A program made the translations under genes and the position numbers. This document shows positions 13,001-25,000 of a stretch of DNA of 64,000 nt, in pieces. The stretch spans positions 1,426,001 through 1,490,000 of the forward strand of contig JAQGDQ010000003.1 of assembly GCA_030141605.1 (NCBI GenBank), read 5' to 3'. Source of the DNA: Tubiluchus corallicola (Eukaryota > Animalia > Priapulida). The stretch's first letter is position 1. Each line of letters opens with the position of its first letter. Below the pieces are notes generated by a model. It was given only the letters and a program-made list of their open reading frames with translations. It searched no databases and was not told the origin of the DNA.

Positions 13001-16000
13001 TTGTATTTTTACATTATAAAGTTTCTTTGCATGTGGTGCATCGATATATGGGTGCAGTTTTGTAAAAATGGCAACCTTCTGATGTTATTTTGCCTCGCGT
13101 TTTAGTTATGTTAGCTCGCCAAATTAATCTATTGTCCATGGCTGCAACCAGGCGTTTTTCAATCTCAACAGCCTCTAAAATAACACTGTCTAATTCTGTT
13201 TTAGTATAGTTATGTTAACATGTGTGACTTAATGTAGTGGTTATGCATGGGGGTGAAGCTAACTCATTATTAAAGATAAAGTGAGAGACTGAACTGAACC
13301 AACAGAGGTATCTTCTTAGTGTAAAACCTTCGCTGCTAAACACATAATTGATTATTAGAAAAGCAAGAATATACGTTAAATTAAAAGACCTTTTATTACC
13401 GCTAATAAAAGTATAATGATTTAGTTTTGCATCTGATTTATTTGTCAATAAAAGATTAGGAAAGTTTATTTAGTCCTTGCCTGTAGAACACATCTAAATA
13501 GAGTGTGGTGGTACGTCTCTTCATTTTTATGTTATTGAACATGGTCACAGTGCTATAAATATAAATACTTTTTATATTATTTGAGAAAATCATTTTACTC
13601 TAATAATTTTCCGGCATTGAAAAACGTTAGACTCACTCTCAGTTAGATAGGCTTTTAAATTGTGGTCTGTTAAATTCATATTAAAACAGTGCAGAGAACA
13701 GAAAAGTAAGAATGCGTAAATTATGAAAATAAATCTGGATGAACCGGAGTGGCTTATCGTGATGGCTTTTGCCAAAACTGGAGTATCTGAGCATAATTTT
13801 TTCTAAACTGATCATGAAGTACTGCGTAAATGATTGGGTTGACTGAACTGTTTAACATCAGCATCCAGTCTGCTGCTGTTTTTGCTGTCACTGAAATGCA
13901 TTTGCATACTGAATCCACGTTATGCACAACAAAATCTGGTGTCAAAAATAGAATAAACACGACAACTACCATTGTAAGCATCTTTGTAGCTTTCATTTCT
14001 CTAATGAGGCGTAATTGATGATGCTGGTTATTGTCAATGTTTATTCTTTGCTGGTGGTACCATGCCACCTTCCAAATTTTGATATGCAAAATTGAAATTA
14101 TTATTACGGGTGCGATGTATCCAAACACTGTATTCATGGATGCATAGATATACATGTAATTTTCTTCATATATCACAAAATAATCCACTATGCCGATGTA
14201 AAGGCAACCTACTATCCACGTTATTGCAATGACAACTTTTATAGCTTTCTCTGAGACATGTACATCATATGTAATTGGATGTATATTTGCGATGTAACGA
14301 TCAACAGCTATTGCTACCAGGTGCAGGATACTAATCGAAGTCAAAGCATCAAGCACTAAATGGCTTCCAAACCACTTCATAACAGAAATTTGTTGTCCAT
14401 TTGGCAAAATAATTACGAATGCAAGAAGTCCGACTAATAAATCGGTGCATGCAAGTGACCCAACAAGGTAATTTGCTCTGGTTCTAAGTTGTGCACTTTT
14501 GTACAAAGACAGTAGAACAAGAGAGTTACCAATTGTAGCTGTTATACTGGTAAAGGCACAAACAGTTATTTCTACAGACAGCATCTGAGCTTTTAATGTG
14601 TTCCAAGTTAGTGTAGAATTGCCTTGACGTCTGTTGTGGTCTTCGCTCGTTGCATTCATGTTCATGATAAATTAGCCAGCTAACACACAGTCTTTTATCT
14701 CAAGAGATGACGTTCTTTAATCTTTTCTAAATTTTCAATGTACAAGTAAGTTGAATGTCTAATTTTCACCAAGATATTATTTTTAGTGTTACTAATATTT
14801 TCAGATTTGTGTCTGTTGTCACCAAGATTCTCTCATAGACTCTTTAACAGCAGAAGATAGTAATGATTAACCTGCAACATGTAATGACTAGAAGGCATTT
14901 GTTGTTCTTCAAAGCTGTTGCCACGGGTTATTTGATTTTGTCATTGTTCACCATATCATTCTGCATCAAAATGACATTGATTTTTCATCAATTGTGTGCA
15001 GATCATTTTCCAAAAGATTACATCCTCAGTAACTGTCAAACACGTTCTATGGAAATAAACAGCTCTGGCAATGAATGAACGAATATAAGTAATGACACTT
15101 TAATGAATGAATAAATATAAGTAAAAGGAGTGACATGCTGTGTGAACGTATGTATGTTTGTTGTATGCTCTGTCAATATAATCACTTCCCATTTAATTTG
15201 TGCACAATTGGTGTGATAATTTGTTCAGTATATTGGCATACCTTTTATATAATATTGTACCTTATACTAACTGGAAAGCTGGTTAAATGAATTAGTTAGC
15301 ATAGATGGTATTGTTTTTCTTTTTTTAAAAAGTACTATGCTGACTTTTTTCTGGCATTGTTCAGGTAATGAAAATGGTATCAGGTTTTGCTCCGCTTATC
15401 CTTGCTGGAATTTTTGCTGCAACTTTGTCATCTGCTCTTGCTAGTCTTGTCGGAGCTCCAAAAGTCTTTCAAGTAAGATTTACAAAGAATTCTTGGCAGG
15501 CATTTGTAGTTATAATTGCTTTAGTTACAATAACTTACTGGTTGCAGTCTTTGGTTGTGAAAGCCATAATGTTGAACTTATTTATTAATTAGTTTAACAA
15601 GTGTATCATATTTTAAACTGACATGATCTTTATATGACTACACTTAACCCAGGTGGGTGAGATTTAAGACTATAAAGGGCCACTCGTTGATAGCCTAGTA
15701 TAAAATCGACTGGTTTAATTGCTGGTAAATATTACAGCAAAGTTTTTTTTCTTAAACTAAATAAAAGCAGTTTTCTAATCTATCTCAAAAATATAAAAAA
15801 GTCTTGTTAAATTTTCTAATCAAAATTATTTTTATAATATTATTTGAAACTGCTTACATGGCTGTGCTTTTTATTGGCTGTGCTAATGGTCACAGTAAAT
15901 TGCTTTTGCCATTCGAAAGGTCAGCCTACATGACTGATAATTAATGTAATCTATGTTGACAGAATATCTGCATAATTTGTCGGAACAGTGCAAATGTATT

Positions 16001-19000
16001 TGAGTTCTTTCACAAATTTTGCTGCAGTTTGCTATGTGAAGTATAAACACACGGATGAAATACTTTTTCTCTATTTGTTTTTCTCTTGCAGGCAGTCTGC
16101 AAAGATAAAGTATTTCCTGGAATTCATGTTTTCGGAGTCGGTTCAAAAAAGAATGATGAACCTCACAGGGCCTACTTGCTAACGTTCTTCATAGCACTTT
16201 GCTTTATACTTATAGGTGAGTAATTTGAAACTTTGAGTATGTTTTTATAGATGAAGTTCAATCTTTGTTGAAAGTATCCACTTTTTTCTAATCTACAGTT
16301 ATGCCACACAGTGCGTCAGGCTAAAGTGGAGCAAACCTTTCTCCAGCCCGTTTTATGTCAGCAATGGTGTTCGTCAAGGTGGTGTCCTCTCGCCGCTGAT
16401 GTTTTCATCGTATGCATTAATGTCGGTGGTATGTTTTATATATATATATATATAAGATTCGAAGCTACAGCTCCAACGACGGCACCATTTGCGACGTTCT
16501 GTATATCAAACAAAAGGTCTCGATCTAGTGTCGTGCCATTGGGACTTATTTTTCGAATCGGGCCCACCGGGACGAACGGGGGGCAAAAAACCTCCAAAAA
16601 TGGCCATTTTTCGGCTGTTTTTTGCGAAACTTATACCGCTTATTTCTGGAGGACAGGAATGGTTCGAGAGTGATGCCAGCAATGGTTAAATAGACTGTTT
16701 AACGATGGGTGTAGTAGGCATATTTAGAATTCGTGGAAGGGCCATTGCGTCCAGTAATCGGCGTTTACCCTGACTCAACTCCCGATTTTTTCGAGATTTT
16801 GGCGAGACCTGTAGAAAAACGTTCTAGCGGTGTTTAGTGTGACTCTCGAAAGGAGGTATATGGCTACTTAGAAAGAGGCAGAACAGGGCTACACGACGGT
16901 ATGGGCTGTATTTTAGGACATCTTCACTGTGAGGAGCTGTGATGAGTTGATTGGAGGTTGCATTTCGGGCATTTTTTGCTCGGAAAACTGCTGACGCAAA
17001 GCCATTGTTTTGACGTCATCCATTATACTCTGTTTATAACTTTATAATTTTGATTCAGTAAAAGTTGCTGCTGGCTTTGCTATGTAGGATATTTGCATAT
17101 TTTTGATTATAAGTGTAATTATATGCAAAACTTTTTGCAGGGCCTTTGCTGGTCTATATATTAATTTCGGTGGTATATGTGTATATATGGGTGGATATAT
17201 AACCGACGAGGCTACAGCTCCGCGACAGCACCATTTTCGACTATCTATATATCAAATGAAAGGTTTCAATCTAGTGTGGCCTCATTGGGCGTCTATTTTT
17301 TTAATGGATGAATAGGACCTCCAAAATGGCCGTTTTCGACCGTTTTTGCAAAACTTATACTTCTTATTTCTGGGGAACGGGAATGGGCCGGTGGCTGTGC
17401 TGGTCATGGATAGATAACCCGTTCAGCGGTGGGTGTATTAGGCGTATTTATAATTCGCTAGAGGGCCACGGCGCCCCGTAACGGACGTTTTCCTGGATCT
17501 AATTTCTGATTTTTTTGAAATTTTGGTCAAACAGCCTGCAGAGGAAACGTTCTATGTAGCATGTTCGCATATTATTGGTTATAATTGTATTTATACGCAA
17601 AATTTTTTGTGGGGCCTTTGCTAGTTATATATTAATGATCTTTCAAAAAAGTCATCTATGATACCGTCTGCCACGTGTCGTTTAGGTGGTACACCTATTA
17701 ATCATTTTTTTTACGCTGATGATCTGTGTTTAATTACTCCCTTTATGCAGGCTCTACAAAAATTGCTTGATTGCTGTGAAGAATATGCTAAACATAATGA
17801 TATTGTAATTCATGCTTTGAAAACGAAATCTGTGTATTTTATTCCTAATGCATTTAGGAATGTCAGATTTGTTAATGTAACTTTACAAGGAGAACAGTTT
17901 GAACTTGTACATGAAGTAAAATATCTTGGTCACATAATTAACGATAATTGTAAAGATGATGCTGATATTTTAAATCAATTGCGCCTTTTTTATATTACAT
18001 TCAATATTCTTTGCAGAAATTTTAGTTTTTGCTCTGCTGATGTCAAACGTGTTCTGTTTAACGTGTTCTTATTGTTCAACTTTTTACTGTTCTAACCTCT
18101 GGCTCACTTTTAATGTTGGTACTATTAGGAAATTAAAAGTGGCCTACTATTTTGCATTGATGAAGTTTTTTGCTTACTGTAGGAGCACCACAGCATCGAG
18201 AATGTGTGGCCAAAAATGGCTGTAATCATTTTAGTCATTTTACGCAAAAATACTTTTAGCCTTCGTCAGCGAGTTTTAAATTCAAGCAATGAAATCGTAC
18301 GCAGTTTTATTCATAATACTGATATCATTTTAACTTCGAATATATTAATATATTTGCCCATTGGGAATATACACTTACTAACCCTTTTTTACATATTTAT
18401 CTTACTAATTCTCTGTTCTTTGTGTAAATATTTTATTTGTCTTGTAGAAATGTTTTTAATAGTGATTTTTAACTATGCTTTGTTTATTATTCTATGGTAC
18501 TTTTTATGTACTGGAACAAATGTAAAATAAAATCAATAAATAAAATAATTTAAACTTAAACTTGGGTATTTTATAACAGGCAACTAAATTTAGATATTTT
18601 GTTTTTATTTCAGGCAAACTCAACTCTATTGCTCCAATCATTTCTAACTTTTTTCTCATGGCATATACTCTCATAAATTATTCCTGTTTTGATGCATCAT
18701 TTGCCAATTCTCCAGGTACGTATATCATAACTAATTAAGGTGATCAGTAATAAACATAGCATAAACTTTAGGGTACGATGTTGTGAAATCAACTGTATCA
18801 ATGTGCCACATTTTCTTGATAAGTCTGGCATGGTTTTATACTTTCCTTTTCTACAACAAAGTCCGCGCAATTACGATACATATATATAGGGGCATTATTT
18901 AAGCACATATATTTAATTTATATATATATGGGAGCATTACTTAAGCACATACATTTAATTTGATCGTAAGTGCTCGGACTACACAAGCACACATGTACAG

Positions 19001-22000
19001 CAAGACAATTTATTTGAAGTAATTATGATATAAGTTTGTCCCGTGGCCCATTGTGGCTCGATATGTGTGGAGGTAGGACTAAGTAGCTGAAAATCTATAT
19101 CAGTGCAGGTCAGAGGAACTAAGTTGAGGAAATGCAAGTTGCATTAGGGCAGTGTATTCAACATATAAACCATGAAATACTATGTGACTGTTCTTTTTCT
19201 ATAGGGTTTCGTCCTGCATTTAGATTTTACTCCATGTGGCTTTCACTTCTTGGTTCTCTCATTTGCCTTGCTGTGATGTTTGTAATCAATTGGTGGACTG
19301 CATTGATAACATTTTGCATAGTCGCTGCTTTATACGTCTATATACATCACAGCAAACCAGGTAAAGTGGAATGTATTATACTCTATTCATAAGTATTTTG
19401 CTTTTGCTTGCCCTGTTCTATGCACAATTCATTTTCATTTGTCTTATTGCATTTGTAGTAGGTGTAATGTAACTAATGTTTTTACACTTATTAGAAAATA
19501 TCAAAACTTTGTAAAATCTGACATCTATAGCATTCCACGTAAATATCAATATAAATGACAGAGCTCTTAGATTTATGGCTGAAGTTCAACTTTTCTTTAT
19601 TAAATTAAATTAAACAAGAAAAACAGACATTTCAAATCATATTTCAGATTCTGTCTTCAGTGTTTTAATTAAAATTAAATACTCAAAAACACCGAAGAAG
19701 GAAGTGAAATGGGTTTTGAAATAATTTCCTTTGTTAAAATTTAGATTTTAATTTAATAAAGAAAGGCTGAACTGTCAACTATGAAGCTGTCAATCTTATT
19801 TATGCTTATAAGATAAAGTGGCTCGTCTTTTGTATTTTTTGTGTTCAGAGTTATTACTTTAAATTGATTATTATAAGTTTTATACTTTAGTTTTAGCTTT
19901 AGTTGAATCTAAAATTTTATCTAGCTAATGTATTTACTGTTACTCATGTTGTTTTGAGTTGAAAATAGATACATAAGCAGTGTTGATAATAAAATTACTT
20001 ATTTGTTATTATTTTTGTATTATGTATTAACTAATAACATAGACTGATAATTTGTTCTTGTAATGTAAAAGACTATACTTCCCCCCCCCCCCCCCATATT
20101 GACTTTATATGCAAAATTCTGATTGCATCATGTTTTTCTTTTAGATGTTAATTGGGGATCTTCTACGCAAGCACATGTTTACAGAAGCACGCTCACTAAT
20201 ATCATCAAATTGAACAAGGTTGAAGATCACGTGAAAAATTACAGGTATTGAGCGCCTTTCACGATATATAGTTTAAATAGGTACCAGCATTAAACTTTAT
20301 CTAATATGGGGTAAATTAGGGCATAATATTTAACTGAATACTTTTTAATTTTTTGTAGGCCACAGTGCTTGGTTTTATCTGGAGATCCCAGGTCTCGTCC
20401 TGCGCTTGTCGATTTTGTTGGAAGTTTTACCAAAAATATCAGTCTAATGATGTGCGGGCATGTCGTGCAGGTTGGAATAAACATTACGAAAGCTTTGTTA
20501 TTTTTGCTTGTAATTACATTGCTGGCTCGCTAACATGAAAACTTGTTTGCGATGGAGAGGTGATGTGTTACCTTAATATTGCTCATTGGCAAACTGATAC
20601 AGCAGAATTTTTTTAAAGAAAAACTTATATTTGCCATCTCTCGACTATAAATAAGAGCTATATTTGTCAATCCTCAAATCTAAATAAGAGCCGTCTTGTC
20701 GTCTTTTTTCAGTTGAATTTAACACTGCTTAGCAGATTGTCTAAAATTATACTGAACATGTGTTTCACGATGTACTTTCATTTAGAATGGAAAAAAGGTG
20801 ACTGATACCAATGAAGTGTATTCCTATTTGGAGAAGCGTAAAGTAAAGGCTTTCTACGCTGGTTTATCAAGCTATAGTGTGCATCAAGGTTCTTTGTCTC
20901 TTATGCAGGTATGTAAATAAATTTACTTAATGTATAATTTCTAGATATTTAATCATGCAGCTCTGGTTATTCTTTTTTTCTAATTAGCAATTAGCTTATT
21001 ACTGGTAAATTTTCTATAGCAGATTCGCTTTTAATTTTTCTTACAGAGTGTAGGCATAGGAAAACTGCGACCAAATGTTGTTATACTTGGCTATAAACAC
21101 AACTGGCAGATGGATAGACCTGTAAATGTTAGCAACTACTTCAACATTATACAGTAATTATTTTATTTTCTTTGTTCAGGCTGAATTTGCCAACTTTGTT
21201 TATGCATGATTTGTCACTACTGCGAAATTTATGTCGATGTGAATACTAAGTTGACTAATACTGTTTTTATTTCTTACTTTGTCTTTCTCTAGACGTTATT
21301 AAAAATATCTTTTATAAACAAAAAAAGAAACAAAAACTGCACAGTTACAACAATGCCGTAGCATTTTTGTTAGGGAATAGCGACTAGTACTTTTCATGTT
21401 TTTCTTTTATGGTTTTTATTCACAATGCTTCTGTGGCTTGTTCCTCGCAAAACTGCTTCTGCATTTTTGTGTCTAGTGAGCAGTAACAGAGATTTTTTTC
21501 TTTTGTGTTATGCTTGTGGGTGATATATTCTTTGGGTGTGGCTATGTTGTTCTGCTCATTTCTCTTGAGGTTTTTCACTGTGCTTTTTTCATTGTTATGT
21601 TCCTTCACGGGAGTTTTTCCATGGTTTTTAGTGAATGTGTTTCTTTATCGTGGGAATTTTGGGCTACTCGCTTTCGAATGAAGGACTCCATGAGCGTATA
21701 ACGCCTGATGCATATTAATCGTTTTCATGTGCCTGTGAAGGCTATGCGTTTTTAGTTGCTGCTCGTGAAAACTGGAAGCAATCATTTTTGGAAGACACAT
21801 TTCTGTCCATTTCATCAAAATAATCACAGCTGTGGTATTAGCTTATTATTGCACTATTAGATGGAAAAAAGCACAGATTTTGGGTGCACAACATCTTACA
21901 GTGTAGAGAACAATACGACATATATCACCACTTACTGAAAGAACTGCAGTTAGATGTAGAACAACATAATTGTACTCTTCTTCCACCTTTCAAAAACTCA

Positions 22001-25000
22001 AGTGGAATAAACATTACAGTGCATAAGTTTTGAAGTGACCAAAACTCACCTGACCAGGAAGCCAGTCAGTAAAAAGGGTCACTGGAAACTTGAAAACTCA
22101 CTAAGTCATCTAGGCAATGGCTATTTCCCGTCTGGCGTATTAGGATGGTAGCAATCACATTCAAGTTATTATGGATTGCACATTATTTACACATGGAAAC
22201 ACCTCAACATATTTAAATTCAAACAGTTATGTATGCACTACACATCACACATGCATACATGTAGTCCCTTAACTCTATAAAGCTGTTCAGTTCGTTGTGT
22301 TGTTCTTGTAGTTCTTGTTCATGTAATACAAAACTCTGCCATTTTCTCGCTTTGAAGCATTTGTGGTTACACTCATATGCTTTTAACAGTTTGATAAAGA
22401 ATTTTAACAGGGCAGAGCTAAATAGGCAACTATTAGAATGAGAGAAAGGGGGGTGAGAGAGAAAAAGAGCACAGAAAGAGGAGATGAGAGAAAGGGAGGG
22501 AGAGAGGAGATTCTATTGAAATAGCATAAATCATATTGCAAAAACGGATACTGCGATAATGGTAAACAGTGTTCTAAATGATGCTACCCAGCAGTTGGAC
22601 AGAAAAAACTAAATAAGCAAGTAACGCAATGCTTTGCACTCTGGTCTAGTTTGTTATTTACAAGCATGAATTCACTACCATCTTAAAAAAATATTTTCTT
22701 TATTTTGTGACGCGTATAAGTCATATGCATTTTTTCTTTAAGTAGGATATTGTTTACTCGCTGTTTTAGTGACGCATTTGATCTAAAGCTTGCTATGGGG
22801 ATACTTTATGTAAAAGGTGGTCTTGACTGTGATGAACTTGGACAGGATGAATTTTTTCAACTTCCCACAGTTGACAGCGAATCTGATCCGGATGAGATAT
22901 TTCATTCTTGTGCTAGCTTGAATGGTTAGTGAGTAAAATATAGTCTTAATGACCAAATATGTTGTTTGATTACTTACACTTTTTACTTTAATTAAACTAA
23001 CCTTATTAATGAGTTATTGACGTTATTAGATAACATTTTTATACGTTTTTGTAATGCGTTTGTCCTGAAGAAAGCTGTTGTCTTGTTGTGGTTAAAATTC
23101 TGTTTGCCTTAAACATTACGTGCAGTTTTCGAATATAATGTTGAACTGAGCTCTCAGTATAAGAGACTTAATGATTGTTGCAGCTTTAGAAGTCATTCTA
23201 AATTTTTACAAATTGTATAGAACATTTCAAATCCCTTGGTAACTTTCCGTTTGCATTCATTTGCCTTTTTACATCATATTACACCACATTAAGCTACACC
23301 TGATTGCACTCTGTAAGTGGCTAACTTGAGTACGTGTTATTTTTCTATAAGTGCAGCGTCACCAATGCCTATTTCTGTTGTAGAATTCAGTGAACAGTCA
23401 TCCACTGTGCCTTCTGAAGGTGTAACTCCGACAACTGCTGGAGGAAATTTTTCTATAGGCATGTAGTTCTCCCTTAAAAAGCAATTGCCACTTATTGTTT
23501 AAATACTATATCATTATCTTTTTGGATATTGTCTAAATTTTGCCTTTTGTGATATTTTCAGACCTAACTAATATGTCATAATATAAAAAAGATAATTTTT
23601 GCTTTTAAAATGTTAAAAACCATGTTTAAAGTTTTCATAAAGGTTCAAAGGCGGAATTTGCACTTCTAGACATTTTCGTTAATTTTCTTTCCTAATATTG
23701 ATTTTTGTTGTAGAAGTGGAAAAGCATGGGGAAAGCATTAAACACAAAGTTGTGCGTCTCTATGGCGACGACAAGCACAAGCTTCAGGCTGTCAATCAGT
23801 TTCATAGAAAACAAAAGAAAGGATTTATAGATGTTTGGTGGCTATTTGATGATGGTGGTAAGCCTTGATTTTGCACTTTTCCACTATATAGTTTGCTATC
23901 ATATATTGTGCCAAAAGCACATGATGATCACCATTTGACTAATACATATAAATAACTTTCTATTTAGATGCAAAATTTAGGTGTTTGCAAGTTAGTAAAT
24001 TGTATTGTTTCATTCGGCATAATTGATTTATATTTCAATGTTTTCGCTTGCAAAAAAACAGAACCTCTGCAACTCCGAAGTTAAAATAACTGTTAAACTT
24101 CCTTCAAAAAACAGTTGGGATATTTACGGTTATGATAGCTTTTACATAACTTACTTCAGCAGTGATTTTCGTCAGCATGTGTTATTTATATTGCTGATCT
24201 ACAGCTATTTGTACTTGTACACAAGCCCTGCTGGCTCCAGCCACTCTGCTGTTAATTTATCAATTCTTTCATTCTGCTCTACAGACAGATAATTTTTCCA
24301 GTCACCTACTTTTCCTGCAATTCACAAAATTAATGTTTCATCAAGCTTTCTGATAAACTAAGTTCTAAATCTGTTTTCTGTACATTCAGAAAATGACTGC
24401 TGTTAATTTATCAATTCTTTCATTCTGCTCTACAGACAGATGATTTTTCCAGTCACCTACTTTTCCTGCAATACACAAAATTAATTTTTCATCAAGCTTT
24501 CTGGTAAACTAAGTTCTAAATCTGTTTTCTGTACATCCAGAAAATGACTGCAGAGATGCAGGCACCTTTTCAGTTTAATTAGTTATGTTTTTACCTTTTC
24601 TCATGAATGATCCACCTTTTTGTAAAAATCCCATGTCCCTCAGTATTTCGAAGTTTGTTCCTGGGTTTTTCTTCATGCTTTTGAAAGTGCAGTGCTCAGT
24701 AATTCTTTCCACTTGGTCTTCAGTCAACGTCTTGTTCAGAAACTTTGCAACTTTTCTAATTTCTCTTGGTAAGTCCTAGTTCAATAAATAATGAATTTTA
24801 CTAAATGCATGCATCAAATGCTTGCAAACAACTATTATTATACGTAGGAATTACGTCTTAGATAATGTGAAATGTGGAGACAGCAAAATTAAGTAGAATT
24901 TTATTAAATACTTTTGTTCGTCTATTATTCCATATTTTCAGAGGTTTTTTGTACCTCTTTCATATCTTCGTATTTCAAGAACAAAATATGTGGCTCATTG

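Larger units (their letters stand above)
16300..18550 (+). mobile_element. 5'-truncated LINE (RTE-X-like RT) split by a Helitron-like insertion at 16408-17624
   Basis: The left piece encodes [16 protein letters not shown] and the right piece resumes LYINDLSKK...[12 protein letters not shown]...VKYLGHII. Removing 16408-17624 restores the frame exactly. An A-rich tail lies at about 18525-18550. Confidence 0.85.

Noticed and set aside
15362-15370. CAG|GTAATG acceptor-donor fusion (recursive splice-like) at the end of the GPCR-containing intron; similar at 36689-36697
   Set aside because: The GT is explained by conserved Val and Gly codons, and the introns are much shorter than typical recursively spliced ones. 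There is no independent support.
21300-22450. A-rich minus-strand ORF fragments as a sixth nested gene
   Set aside because: Many stops and no clear motif. It may be a decayed retroelement, but I could not support a call.
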